Source: an uncultured Nitrososphaeraceae archaeon (GTDB lineage Archaea > Thermoproteota > Nitrososphaeria > Nitrososphaerales > Nitrososphaeraceae). Taken from it: DNA of 64,000 nt. Each line of letters opens with the position of its first letter. The first letter of the stretch is position 1. Shown one piece after another: positions 13,728 through 24,621 of this stretch. The notes beneath the pieces were generated by a model, which saw nothing but the letters and a program-made list of their open reading frames with translations, did not search any database and had not been told where the DNA came from. The DNA is taken from the NCBI GenBank assembly GCA_963779615.1, contig CAVZZA010000003.1:1139781-1203780 (forward strand), in the 5' to 3' direction. The translations under genes were made by a program, and so were the position numbers.

Positions 13728-14472
13728 GCCACTAATTGGATTGATTTCATTTTTAACAATAATACCAGTAGCCAACAAACTCCCCAATGATGATTATGGT
13801 TTAGAGAACATATCCAGACATATGTATCTTTTTCCGCTAATAGGATTAATCATTGGAATAACAAACATCCCAATAGCAATTATTTCATTTTATTTTTTAA
13901 ATCATTTGATATCAGGGCTTTTAATAACAATTTTTCTTATAATCATCACAGGTGTACATCACACAGATGCACTTGCTGATTTTGCAGATGGAATAATGGT
14001 AAAAGGAAACATTGAAAAAAAATACAAAGTAATTCACGATCCAATGATAGGCTCTGCAGGGGTTGTGGCAATTTCATCATATCTTTTAGGAATGACTGTA
14101 GCAATTTCATCATTTACGGGGGCAGAAAGATTGGTTGTCTCGCTTGTAATATCAGAGATTACCGCAAAATACACAATGGTATTACAGGCTTTTCTTTCCG
14201 AATCAGCTTGGGAAGGCCACAGCTCCCTTTTTACAAAAAACATGAAATCCAAAAAGAAAATCATCACCGCTACAGTTGTGGCAGTGGTCTTGATGATAGT
14301 AATAGGACAGAGCATTCACTTATTATTACAGGTTTTTATCACAGGCATAATTTGTTGTATTGTGATAATATACATCGCTAAAAAAAGTTTTGGAGGGGTT
14401 ACAGGGGATGTAATGGGTGCAACAAATGAAATAGTCAGGTTGTGTTGTTTGATATCAACAACACCAACATAA
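13717..14472 (+). CDS. cobS: Cobalamin synthase (adenosylcobinamide-GDP ribazoletransferase)
   Basis: FLTIIP, TGVHHTDALADFADG, DPMIGSAG, GGVTGDVMGATNE. Confidence 0.93.
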   Translation: MVFKPLIGLISFLTIIPVANKLPNDDYGLENISRHMYLFPLIGLIIGITNIPIAIISFYFLNHLISGLLITIFLIIITGVHHTDALADFADGIMVKGNIEKKYKVIHDPMIGSAGVVAISSYLLGMTVAISSFTGAERLVVSLVISEITAKYTMVLQAFLSESAWEGHSSLFTKNMKSKKKIITATVVAVVLMIVIGQSIHLLLQVFITGIICCIVIIYIAKKSFGGVTGDVMGATNEIVRLCCLISTTPT

Positions 14473-14970
14473 CGCATGACAATGCAAATCATCACTACCA
14501 TAAATAACCACGTCTGTGATAATGCATTGTAATTTTATCTGATTCAATCGTAAGAATATGAGGGGTCGGCTTCTACCGTCTTACCCACTGTATCGGCTTT
14601 TTTATGCCATCACGAACATTGAATCTATTTATAGGATTATTATATGCGTGTGTATATCATAATTGAACAATAAAAAAAGTATAACGACAGTGCCTCTTTC
14701 AATTATTATACTTGTGCTCGTGAAAATTATTTTACCAGGCGCAACCATAATCTGACAAAAATGCAATTGTTGTTCATAGTGCAAAGCACTAAAAATAAGA
14801 TAAAACTGTCATATCCCATTCTGATTTTATCATAACAGTGATGATTGGGATCTTGATTGAGGGTTAATCCGAGTTTCAATCATTGGTATAGATTGTAACG
14901 GTTTAGGCATAATCTAATGTTTTATATTTTTGAAGAAATATTGTCAGACATACAATGTGTGTGAATATTA

Positions 14971-15360
14971 TTGGCTAGTTCTAGTAATTTTGCAATAGAA
15001 AAAGGCAAAAGCGAAAATGCAATCAATTGGATAAGGGAATTCAACATAAAAAACAACAACAAATCATTCAAGATATCTGTTTCAAAATATCCCTTAAGTA
15101 CTTTAAACTTTGGATCTTTTGATCTTGTTGAATGGCAGGGAGATTGGTCCATAGCCAGAAATGTGTTCAAAAGGGTTAGCGCAAAATTAAATATCAAGGC
15201 CATTGAATCAGGCTATCACAAAAAAGGCAACATTCTAGAGGCCTTTCTAGGAATGAGTAAAGAATATGGGAAAGTGTATAGCGGCGGCAAATTTATTGGC
15301 ACTGTAACATTTGCCAAAAGATCTGGAAGGTGGATTGCGGAAAAAGAAAAACGGATATAA
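14971..15360 (+). CDS. Hypothetical protein
   Basis: 129-aa ORF with protein-like composition; no motif recognised. Confidence 0.6.
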   Translation: MASSSNFAIEKGKSENAINWIREFNIKNNNKSFKISVSKYPLSTLNFGSFDLVEWQGDWSIARNVFKRVSAKLNIKAIESGYHKKGNILEAFLGMSKEYGKVYSGGKFIGTVTFAKRSGRWIAEKEKRI

Positions 15361-15405
15361 AATTCACGGTGAGCAAACCATGACTTGAGTGTCCTTATGC
15401 AGGTT

Positions 15406-15864
15406 TTAACCAGACACCTGGATTCCCTCATCAGTGATTATAATGTCTTTATTGTTTGAATCAATGCGGTCATGCATAATCCATTTACCAGATGGCAACA
15501 CTATGTAATTTTGTGTGACTACCAGTTTTTGGTTTTCTTCAACATAGAACGTCCCACTCACTAGTAAAGTCCTTTTATCCAGTATTCTAGATTCAAACAC
15601 TATTTCTCCGCTTTCTTCGGTTATTACAACATGGTCAGGGACATCTCTTTTTTTTATCAGGTCGGCATCACAAAACGTGCATCTATTTTCATTCACTTCA
15701 ACTATGGCCTTATTGCGGTTATTGGTAATCTTTGCTGAAATTAATGGCACATCATCATCACCACCATTTTTTTTATCCAAGGCAAATAACAGTTTATCAT
15801 AAAACTTGATTTTTTTAGGGCTGTTTGAAATAAAATTATTTCCTATCAAGAGTGTATACTCCAT
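15406..15864 (-). CDS. Hypothetical protein (beta-rich)
   Basis: 152-aa ORF with ATG start; no motif recognised. Confidence 0.6.
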   Translation of the reverse strand: MEYTLLIGNNFISNSPKKIKFYDKLLFALDKKNGGDDDVPLISAKITNNRNKAIVEVNENRCTFCDADLIKKRDVPDHVVITEESGEIVFESRILDKRTLLVSGTFYVEENQKLVVTQNYIVLPSGKWIMHDRIDSNNKDIIITDEGIQVSG

Positions 15865-15973
15865 ATTTTAATTTATTCTTGCCTTTTGTATCTATTTTAT
15901 CCTTCTTTTTCTTTTTCTTTTTCTTTCTATCTCAAACTATAACTTTAAAAACGCTTTTGAATGTGAGAAAAAC

Positions 15974-16903
15974 ATGACATTGGGCTATAAAACAGTTGGT
16001 ATTGTTGGGCTTGGCAAGATGGGAGGCAGCATTACTGAACGATTACTAAATCGCGGTACAAAAATCAACATGTATAACAGAGATAAAACAAAGTTGAAGG
16101 TTTTTGAAAACATGGGAGCAAAGTCTTTTGACAATGTATGCGCACTAGCTGATGAAAGTGATTTTGTTATGACATGTGTTACTAATTTTGAGTCTCTAAA
16201 GGATGTATTGTTTAACAAGCAAGGAATAGCAGAAAGCACTAATGGTGAGTTGATTGTCGCAGACTGTACAACTATCACCCCAAGCCAATCATGCTATTGC
16301 TCAAAACGGCTAAAGGAAAAAAACGGCACAAAATTATTAAGTGCGCCAGTAATGGGAGGTCCATCTGATGCAAAAAATGGAGAATTGATTTCAATCATAT
16401 CAGGGGACAAAAAATCATATGAAAAAACGCGCAGTGTGTTTAACAAAATATCCAAACATGTATTTTACGTGGGAGAGGATAACGGCATCTCCAATTCAAT
16501 AAAACTGGCATTAAACCTCAACCTAGCCGTAATTTCCTTAGCATTTTCTGAAGGAATTGTTTTGGCAACTCACTCAGGCATAGACCCAGAAGCTTATCTA
16601 AAGATTTTCAACCTTACAAAACTCAAAACAGGAATTAGCGAAAACAAGGGTCAAAAAATGATAAAAAACGATTTCTCGCCATCGTTTTTTTTAAAAAATA
16701 TGCTCAAAGATTTAGATTTGGTCATGGAAACCTCTCAATCGCTGCAGATATCCTTGCCTGTTACCAGCCTAACACAACAATTATTCAGGGCGGCCAATAA
16801 TTGCAATGATAAAAAAAACAAAGACTACTCAGCCATATTTCAATTTCTTGATGAATTGAACGGACCTGCTCGATTGCATAAAATCAAAACATATAACACA
16901 TAA
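15974..16903 (+). CDS. Beta-hydroxyacid dehydrogenase (3-hydroxyisobutyrate dehydrogenase family)
   Basis: GIVGLGKMG, APVMGG, catalytic IKLALN, FSPSFFLKNMLKDL. Confidence 0.9.
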   Translation: MTLGYKTVGIVGLGKMGGSITERLLNRGTKINMYNRDKTKLKVFENMGAKSFDNVCALADESDFVMTCVTNFESLKDVLFNKQGIAESTNGELIVADCTTITPSQSCYCSKRLKEKNGTKLLSAPVMGGPSDAKNGELISIISGDKKSYEKTRSVFNKISKHVFYVGEDNGISNSIKLALNLNLAVISLAFSEGIVLATHSGIDPEAYLKIFNLTKLKTGISENKGQKMIKNDFSPSFFLKNMLKDLDLVMETSQSLQISLPVTSLTQQLFRAANNCNDKKNKDYSAIFQFLDELNGPARLHKIKTYNT

Positions 16904-17248
16904 AATTATTTTTTGTTTTTACAAGACATAGTCAATATCCCGAATTAAAAACAATAGCATCAATTCTTATTGTATAATCATTATTGCTATCTTGCAGGGC
17001 ATAAAAGGGCACAACAAGGATCAGGGATAGATAAATCCCTGTAAGGTATCAAACTACATGGATTGCATATAAAGTATTACTTAAAAAGAGAACTATAAAC
17101 ATGGATTAGAGTAATTTGATTTTACCGTCATAAAAATTTTTGGGCGCACATTATGGCTAAACAACAAAAGCAACAACAAAACCACCAGGCAACTTTTTGC
17201 ACTGCAACTGGTGAGGGAATTCAGTAACCCTATCAATTATTTTGACCC

Positions 17249-17737
17249 TTGTCGGGCCTTAAATTAAAAGTATATTTTTATACTTTTAGAATGTTTAGCA
17301 TTATAATGGTTCAAGCTGTTGTTTCTTTCAAAAGCGGCGGGGTTGCTTTTATACTGGCATTTTTCTTTGGTTTAGTTTTTTTTAATGGTGTAGGCCACAT
17401 GTTCATTGGAAAAGTAAGAAGGGGTGTTGGAATCATGATTCTTGGATGGTTTATCAATTCTCTAGCTTTTGTTTTTCTGCTTAATTCTCTTGTTAGTCTG
17501 CCTTTTATGCAATATTATAATTCGTACAATAGCAATAACCAGTATAACTTTAACAATGATCCTTTTTTCCCCCAAAGCAACGATTATAACAATGATCCTT
17601 CTCAGTCTTTCTCACACTTTGCCCTTTTCGGTTTGGTTTATTTTCTTTATTTGCTGATTCAAGCAGCTGATGCCAATCGTTTGGCCAAAAAATTTAATCA
17701 GCATCTTGACAAAACTGGAGAGTTGTTATGGTATTAG
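17249..17737 (+). CDS. Membrane protein (TM2/NINE-like), start probably 17306
   Basis: KSGGVAFILAFFFG...GVGHMFIGKVRRGVGIMI pattern, Asn-rich loop, C-terminal TM helix. Confidence 0.6.
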   Translation: MSGLKLKVYFYTFRMFSIIMVQAVVSFKSGGVAFILAFFFGLVFFNGVGHMFIGKVRRGVGIMILGWFINSLAFVFLLNSLVSLPFMQYYNSYNSNNQYNFNNDPFFPQSNDYNNDPSQSFSHFALFGLVYFLYLLIQAADANRLAKKFNQHLDKTGELLWY

Positions 17738-17926
17738 TTTAATAATTCATATACATTTTTTTCCTTTGTACAACTGTTTTATGGGCGGAGCTAATGTATT
17801 TTATAACACATTGAGCGACATTTGATAAAACAATTCTAAAATTGAATTAATTGGAAGAATTATTATTATAAATGTAGATGAAATATTCAACGTAGTGCAT
17901 AAAAGGAAAAAATAAAAAATTATAAT

Positions 17927-18247
17927 ATGTCTTTTGACGAATGCATCATTACAAAAAAAACCAAAGTGCCACTGTATGCTCTAAGTGCGTTTTCGATATT
18001 AATTGTTGTTAGCTTGACTCTGGCTTCAGGCATAAATATCGACAAATCTTTCGCAGACAAAGTTTCTTTGTTACCATTAAACTCAACAAGTTCTCAACTA
18101 AATAAGGATATGGCTCAATTTTATTCCTGTATAGAGGAATCTGTGGAAAATAGTGAAATTGATGGAGAGCCACATTATTTTAAGGAGGAGCCAACAAAAA
18201 CCGAGGTAGCTTTATGCTATAACGATGCGGTTGCAGACAAAAAATAA
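17927..18247 (+). CDS. Hypothetical exported protein
   Basis: Hydrophobic N-terminus, two C-terminal Cys, upstream TATA-like ttataaa. Confidence 0.55.
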   Translation: MSFDECIITKKTKVPLYALSAFSILIVVSLTLASGINIDKSFADKVSLLPLNSTSSQLNKDMAQFYSCIEESVENSEIDGEPHYFKEEPTKTEVALCYNDAVADKK

Positions 18248-18342
18248 CACAGTACATATTCACGCAATCCATGTTTTTTATTTATAATCCCTCCAGATTC
18301 TTAATCCAGACTGTATTTTGAAATTAGGAAACTATATATCTT

Positions 18343-18885
18343 TTGGTCGCTAAATTAAACAATACCTTTATGCGAAAAGATGTCGATACTGAAGATCCTT
18401 TTATAAAAATTGCATCTTTGATAGGCGGAGACGAGTATAATCAGGTTTCAAAGGCACTGCTGAAAGCTGAAGATTCTACTGATGAGGAAATAGCAATTGC
18501 AACAGGCCTCCGGATAAACATTATCCGCAAGGTTTTATATGATTTATTTGGCAAAGCATTGATAACAGGTATACGGGTAAAGGACGAGAAAAAAGGCTGG
18601 TTTGTATACAGATGGCGGGCTAAAAGAGACAACGTGGACAACTTTATTGATAATCAAAAAAAGAAAATATTAGAAAGATTAGAAAGTCGGTTGGAGTACG
18701 AAGAATCATCAGAATTTTATCATTGCGGAAACCAAAAATGTGACAGAATCAAATTTGATTATGCGATAGAATTATTTTTCAAATGCCCTGCATGTAATGA
18801 GCCGTTAAACATGGTCGACAACAGCCAACTAAAAGATGCGCTAAGGTTTAAAATCGAACAGCTTGGTGCAGATTCCTCAAAATAA
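18343..18885 (+). CDS. tfe: Transcription factor E (TFIIE alpha)
   Basis: TDEEIA...IRKVLYDL wHTH, GWFVYRW, Zn ribbon YHC...FKCPAC. Confidence 0.95.
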   Translation: MVAKLNNTFMRKDVDTEDPFIKIASLIGGDEYNQVSKALLKAEDSTDEEIAIATGLRINIIRKVLYDLFGKALITGIRVKDEKKGWFVYRWRAKRDNVDNFIDNQKKKILERLESRLEYEESSEFYHCGNQKCDRIKFDYAIELFFKCPACNEPLNMVDNSQLKDALRFKIEQLGADSSK

Positions 18886-18893
18886 CTATATAT

Positions 18894-19574
18894 TCATTTA
18901 GCTGTTTTTTTGGCATTGTTGTAATAAACTACTACTTCCCCATTGTTTTTTTTAAGTACTTTCGACAAATCTAGTTTTACACATTTTCTTATGTCATCAA
19001 AGCCTTTTCCCTCTATCAGGGTTATTGCGTCTCTCCCCCCAATTATCAGTGGAGAAATAGTAACTATCAGCTTATCAAAGAGATTATTTTTAATGATTGA
19101 CCAGTTTATCTCCCCCCCACCTTCAACCAGTATTTTTTTAACCCCAAATTCTGTTTCTAACTGCCTTAACGCCCTATCCAAATCCACTTTTTTTCCGCGC
19201 TCCCCTGAAACAATTATTTTCAAGCTTTGCCCTCTCAATAGAGCCAATTTATTTTTAGGAGCGCCTTTTGTTACTACCAAAATTGTTTCGACATCTTTTG
19301 CAGTCTTTACAATTTGTGATTCAATTGGAATTCTTGCAGTGCTATCTATAATTATGCGTGTTGGATTTTTTTTTATTTTTGCACGCCTTATAAATCGAAT
19401 ATTCAAAAGAGGATCGTCTTTCAATACTGTGGATATTCCCACCAAAATTCCATCCACATCGCTTCTTAGCCTGTGGACCCTTTTAAGGTCGGACAGAGAA
19501 GAGATTCTCGAGTCCCCTCCCCTTGTGGACAATTTTCCATCTACACTGATTGCAGCGTTTATTATAACAATCAA
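18894..19574 (-). CDS. arfC: 2,5-diamino-6-ribosylamino-4(3H)-pyrimidinone 5'-phosphate reductase (RibD C-terminal family)
   Basis: AAISVDGK, VHRLR, DDPLL, LVEGGG; riboflavin cluster. Confidence 0.9.
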   Translation of the reverse strand: MIVIINAAISVDGKLSTRGGDSRISSLSDLKRVHRLRSDVDGILVGISTVLKDDPLLNIRFIRRAKIKKNPTRIIIDSTARIPIESQIVKTAKDVETILVVTKGAPKNKLALLRGQSLKIIVSGERGKKVDLDRALRQLETEFGVKKILVEGGGEINWSIIKNNLFDKLIVTISPLIIGGRDAITLIEGKGFDDIRKCVKLDLSKVLKKNNGEVVVYYNNAKKTAK

Positions 19575-19589
19575 TATAAACCAGCAGCA

Positions 19590-20957
19590 CTAATTTATCC
19601 GGCATTTCTCATGAACGAACTTTCCATCGATCATTATTGCTTTTATTGCCCTTTCTGAGCACCTATGAATTATTGACATGTATGGATCATGCATTGGGTA
19701 AATGTCAATATCATATTCATCAATGAAAATTAAGTCTGCCCGGTATCCTTTATCTATGCACCCTATATTGCGGCAGAATATTTTCCCACCGTTAACCGTG
19801 GCCATTTTGAGTACCATTTTTGCGTCCAGAAACGAAATATTTTTCTCATATGCCCTTTGGCTCTTTATAAGAAAATCCATCTCTCTGAAGACATCCGGGG
19901 AATTTAACATAATGTTGTCGGTCCCTATAGCTATGATGAATCCTCGTCTCAACATCTCCCTTAGCGGAACAAAACCAGTGCCCAATACACCATTTGATCT
20001 AGGGCATATTACAATGCCTTTATTGGCAGAATGAAGCAGATCAAGATCATGCGTCGTTGGATTTGTTACATGGATGTATACATCCGGTTCCAATGTAAAT
20101 ATAGTTCTTTCCACCTCTGTCTTTCCGGTGTTTTTCAATGACTGTTCAACTGTCTGTGTAGATTCTGCGGCGTGTATTGCAAGTATTGGTTTTTCTTTTT
20201 TACTTTGCGTATCTTGTTTGTTTTTTTCATGGATTATCTTTTTATAAATTGCTAATATTTCATCATCACATTCATTGGCGCCGCTTATTCCAAAGCCACT
20301 GCATGAGTTTAATATCTCTCTACCTCTTTTAAAAACTTCGTTTTCAGCCAGTTCGCCAGTTTTTTTTACTCTGGTATTTGCAGGTGTGCTACTATTGTTA
20401 TTATCATCATTATCCATCATTACCGTATTTTTATTGATGATATTCTTATGAAAAGTGTTAAAGTCCATTCTTCCTAAAATAATACTTTTTATGGGAATGT
20501 CTTTTATCGCCGCTATTAGCAAATTCACCCCATACAAGTCGCCTTCCCTAAAATCAACAAACGTTGTGATCCCTTTGTTTAGCATAGATATCGCAGCATT
20601 TTTCATGAATTGTTTTAATTGATGAGGTTCGGTTTTTTCCAATATTGTTTTTTTTATGCTGTGATTCGGGTTAACTCTCGCATCCAGGTCTGCATTTGAC
20701 AGTATATCCTTTCCTATGGCATCGCCTATGTGGGTATGCGAGTTTACCAAACCAGGGATAACCACATATCCTCCGGCATCAAGAGTGCTTGTTCTTTTAC
20801 CGCTTACAAGTTGTGAATAATATTTACTATCTGTTATATCTGAATTTTGCCCTGCTTTTTCTATAATGCCATAATTGTCTATAACTATAATGCCGTTTTT
20901 TATTATTTGTAATTCGTTACCATACAAAATAGTAGCGTTTTTTATGATTTTGGTCAA
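19590..20957 (-). CDS. Metal-dependent amidohydrolase
   Basis: PGLVNSHTH, IHAAE, IHVT, CPRSN, IGTDN, ADL motifs. Confidence 0.88.
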   Translation of the reverse strand: MTKIIKNATILYGNELQIIKNGIIVIDNYGIIEKAGQNSDITDSKYYSQLVSGKRTSTLDAGGYVVIPGLVNSHTHIGDAIGKDILSNADLDARVNPNHSIKKTILEKTEPHQLKQFMKNAAISMLNKGITTFVDFREGDLYGVNLLIAAIKDIPIKSIILGRMDFNTFHKNIINKNTVMMDNDDNNNSSTPANTRVKKTGELAENEVFKRGREILNSCSGFGISGANECDDEILAIYKKIIHEKNKQDTQSKKEKPILAIHAAESTQTVEQSLKNTGKTEVERTIFTLEPDVYIHVTNPTTHDLDLLHSANKGIVICPRSNGVLGTGFVPLREMLRRGFIIAIGTDNIMLNSPDVFREMDFLIKSQRAYEKNISFLDAKMVLKMATVNGGKIFCRNIGCIDKGYRADLIFIDEYDIDIYPMHDPYMSIIHRCSERAIKAIMIDGKFVHEKCRIN

Positions 20958-20963
20958 GATAAT

Positions 20964-21748
20964 TCATAAACATTGATTATTGTGCCGTTTTTTCCTAAAT
21001 TCTCTTATTATGCCAAGCGATTTGGTCGCCAATTCAGCTGCTTTTCTCCCTGTTTCTCCATTACCAATTCCACAGTTTAGTTTTATTTTTGTTAGTTTGG
21101 CTAGCGAATCAACAATTTCTTTAACTCTTTCTACTGCCATATTCTTTTTTGCAAGCACCATAAAGTTATCTCCGCCTAGAAAAAACGACAAGCTTTCTTC
21201 TTTCATGAAGATGTCTGAAATCTTTGAGTATAGTTTTACAATCAAATTTGTTGTTTCATAGGATGACAAATTTTTGGTTATTGCTGTTGAATCATTAATG
21301 TCGATATGAAGAATTTTGATATCGCTATTGCGTGCTTCCGTTTGCAAACTAATTTTTTTTTTACCTGTGTTGACATGTCCTCTTTGTTTGCGTAAATAGC
21401 AGGTGCAACTAAATACTCTTTTTTGTTTTTCATTAAATGCGCCTTTTTATTAGACTTTAATGGTGTTTCATCAATTCCTATAGTCATTGACAATTTTACT
21501 TTATCATATTTTTTTGAAAGGTCGTCATAAATTCTTCCGTGTTCGCCCACATTAATCTGATTTGTAATGGCAATAAATTCATCAAGCCTATTTGAAAAAA
21601 CCAACCCGTTTTTACGGGAAAATGATTCTTGTAAATCGGCATATATCTTTGACTGCAATATTTGCAGACTGTGTTCCCTGTCACTCCCTAGGCTTAATGT
21701 CCATGGACCATAACCTTCTAATTTAATTACTGTTGTTTGACAAGTCAT
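20964..21748 (-). CDS. gch3: GTP cyclohydrolase III, frameshifted near 21350
   Basis: GYGPWTLSLGSDREHSLQILQ, RLDEFIAITN; HIDIND and FLGGDNFM in the second fragment. Confidence 0.9.
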
Positions 21749-21749
21749 T

Positions 21750-22211
21750 TTAATCAATTATTTTTGTTTCTTTATTTTTTAGTCTATTTTTTTTAAGATC
21801 TTTTAATTTGTTAACCATAGAAATAGCGGTATTAATGGAATGATGAGACACAGGTATTATTCTTGCTTCAGCTTGCTCCATACTCATTTCTGGTCCAGTG
21901 ATACCCAGTGCTACAGGTTTGCCATATTTTAACGAAAGATCACCCAAAAGTCTGGCTGTATTATTTGCTATTACTTTATCATGACCTGTCTCCCCTTTTA
22001 CTACTGCGCCCAATGTTACCATGGCATCAATATTTTTTTTCTTTAACATCTCTTCCACTATTAGCGGCATGTCAAATACCCCAGGAACAAAGCAGACATA
22101 CATAACCTTTATTGACAGGTCTTGAGCATATTTTTTTGCTTCATTTAGCATCGACAATGTTATTTCGTTGTTAAAGTCGGCTACCACTATCCCTATTTTT
22201 ATTTTAATCAT
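21750..22211 (-). CDS. ribH: 6,7-dimethyl-8-ribityllumazine synthase
   Basis: GIVVADFN, VPGVFDMP, TLGAVVKGETGHD, KPVALGITGP. Confidence 0.93.
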   Translation of the reverse strand: MIKIKIGIVVADFNNEITLSMLNEAKKYAQDLSIKVMYVCFVPGVFDMPLIVEEMLKKKNIDAMVTLGAVVKGETGHDKVIANNTARLLGDLSLKYGKPVALGITGPEMSMEQAEARIIPVSHHSINTAISMVNKLKDLKKNRLKNKETKIID

Positions 22212-22920
22212 ATGTTGACATTTTTTGCATAAGCCATCAGATCTTTTGAGTCAAGTATAACAATGTTGTTGTCTTTGGCATATTTACAGGCATCTGTGTA
22301 AGATAATGCTTTATAGTTATTAGGATCTAGCATTTCACATATTGCGGTTACATTTGCAATATTTGCAATTTTTGTAAGGAAAACAGACATCTCTGTATGG
22401 CCCATTCTTTCATTAAGAAGTCCTTTTGAGGCTATTAAAATAGGCACATGACCGGGTGTTACTAAAGTTATTTTGAAATTCTTCAATCATCATTATTTTA
22501 TTGCCATCTTCTTCTGATTGCAATTCTTTACAAATCGCGGCTAGTGATGAAATTGTTAACGCTCGGTCATAATCTGTTATTCCAGTGTATGTGTTGACAT
22601 GATTCATTGTAATTGAAAAAGAGGGTTTATCCCCATAAGGCGAGGTATCTTTGGTTATTGATGAAATAGATTGATTGGACTTCCCAAAAATTTTTAAAAC
22701 ATCGTACATGTAGGGCAATCCCAGTTTTAAAGAAAGTTCTTTTGAAATCGCGGTGCAAATCAACCCTCCTGCGTCTTTCCTCATAATCTGAAATGTGCCT
22801 GGGCAAAATATTTTCGGCAGAAACAACCATATCAATTTCGTTTTCTCTATCTCGCATCATCATGAATTAGAACAAAATTCCCATTTCTTAACGCTGTAAC
22901 TGCCTCAGATATTTTTGTCA
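22208..22920 (-). CDS. ribB: 3,4-dihydroxy-2-butanone 4-phosphate synthase, several frameshifts
   Basis: Fragments FVLIHDD / DRENEIDM / RKDAGGLICTAI...TGITDYDRALTI / TPGHV...RMGHTE...ICEML. Confidence 0.9.
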
Positions 22921-22944
22921 ACTGTATTTTTTTCTCATTTATTG

Positions 22945-23610
22945 TTAATATAGTTTACTATTTTTTTTGTTATTACCAATATTTTGGTAGATTTTTGAAA
23001 CATACCTTGCAAGTATATCAACCTCCACATTTACGAAATCGCCTTCCTTTTTAATACCTAATGTGGTGTTTTCTAGTGTATGGGGTATTAAAGCGATTTC
23101 CATTTTGTTTTTTGTTGTCTTTACCACGGTCAGACTTATTCCATCTATTGTAATTGATCCCTTTTGGGCAATAAGGTGTAATATGCTTTGGTCTGCAATT
23201 TCGATTATGATTCTGCTCCCTTTGCTGTTTTTTTCAATGCCCGCTATTTTTCCAATACAATCAACATGCCCAAGAATAAAATGCCCCTCCAGCCTGTCCC
23301 CCACTTTTAAACTTCGCTCTATGTTCACTTTGTCTCCTTTTTTTATATAAGAAAAACAGGTTTTTTCAATGGTTTCATCAATGATTTGAAAAGTAGCAAG
23401 GCTTCCATTTAGTTGCGCAATCGTTAAACAAACTCCATTTATTGCAATGCTATCGCCGATTTTTAGGTTTTTTAATTTTTCCATATTTATTGTTATTTCC
23501 GTGTGATGTCCATTTTTATTGTCGGTTCGGGTTTTGTTGTTTTTGTTCGCGTCAGGGGTTTTTTTTACCTCTTCTATTTTTACTAGATCCTCTATAATTC
23601 CAGTAAACAT
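22945..23610 (-). CDS. ribE: Riboflavin synthase (bacterial-type alpha chain)
   Basis: MFTGII, GDSIAINGVCLT, VNIERS, GHFILGHVD, KGSITIDGISLT. Confidence 0.95.
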   Translation of the reverse strand: MFTGIIEDLVKIEEVKKTPDANKNNKTRTDNKNGHHTEITINMEKLKNLKIGDSIAINGVCLTIAQLNGSLATFQIIDETIEKTCFSYIKKGDKVNIERSLKVGDRLEGHFILGHVDCIGKIAGIEKNSKGSRIIIEIADQSILHLIAQKGSITIDGISLTVVKTTKNKMEIALIPHTLENTTLGIKKEGDFVNVEVDILARYVSKIYQNIGNNKKNSKLY

Positions 23611-23689
23611 TGTGTGTTATTTGACAAATATGCAACATAATATAATATAATGCTGAATGCTTTACAACAGATTACAAAAATAGGGTTTT

Positions 23690-24595
23690 TCACTGATTGG
23701 CAGATTCCAGGATTCTTTTTGCTTGTTTGTAATGCACTGCATCTATCATTTTTCCCTCCAAATTTATTGCACCGGTCTTGTTGTTGCTGCTGCTGTTTTT
23801 TCAATGACAGACTCATCTAGAGATGAAACTACCTTTTTTGCCCATTGTATATCTTGTGCTGAAGGGTAAAAAACTTTATGTACATAGTCAATTTGAGTAG
23901 GGTGAATTACGCACTTTCCGGTGTACCCCAATTTTCTTCCCAATACCAAATCCTTTTTCAAGCCATCAACATCACCAATATTTTGCCAAATAGAGTCAAT
24001 CGAATCTACCCCTGCCGCCCTCGCATCAACAGGGACTTTTGCCCTGCCATACATGTAACCTGTCAAGATGTCCTCCTCATTGCTATCAATTTTCATGTCA
24101 TATAAAAAGTCAAAGATTCCAAACACAAGGGATGAAATTCGTTGATCAGATTTTGCTATTGAATAGGCATTTACCACCCCCAATGAAGATTCAATTGACG
24201 GAATTAGTTTTACAGAGTTGTCTGGAATATTATTTTCTTTCTCCAGGATTTTTATTGTATCGGATAGCCTGGCAACCTGGTGTTCAGTTTCTACTTTGGG
24301 TATTACCACAGCATCAATTCCCTGTGTTGTAATTTTTTTTAAATCTTCCGCAGCTAATCCCGATTCCGGGGCATTGATTCTTACAGAAACTAGACTCTTC
24401 TTTTTTGACTCTTCTTCCGTTTTATTGATTTCTTGCAATGTGTTGTTCACCAGCATCCTTGCAGTTTCCTTTTCAGCTATTGGGACAGAATCCTCTAAAT
24501 CAAAACAAATTATATCGGAGTCTATCGTCTTGGATTTCTCTAAAAACCTGTGAGTTATTTCCAGGTATGAAAATTAAACTTCTCGAGCGGCCCAC
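23690..24595 (-). CDS. CitE / malyl-CoA lyase-like protein (HpcH/HpaI family), frameshifts at both ends
   Basis: RSLIFIPGN and DLEDSVP upstream of the called ORF; VRINA, IPKVE, IES, GKCVIHPTQI; shifted tail GAINLEGKMIDAVH. Confidence 0.88.
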
Positions 24596-24621
24596 GTTTA
24601 AAGTCCAGAGTACAAAAAAAA

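Noticed and set aside
14540-14620. Slightly GC-rich intergenic patch as tRNA, sRNA or cobalamin riboswitch
   Set aside because: No cloverleaf, convincing C/D boxes or B12 box recognised; an Infernal/Rfam scan would be needed
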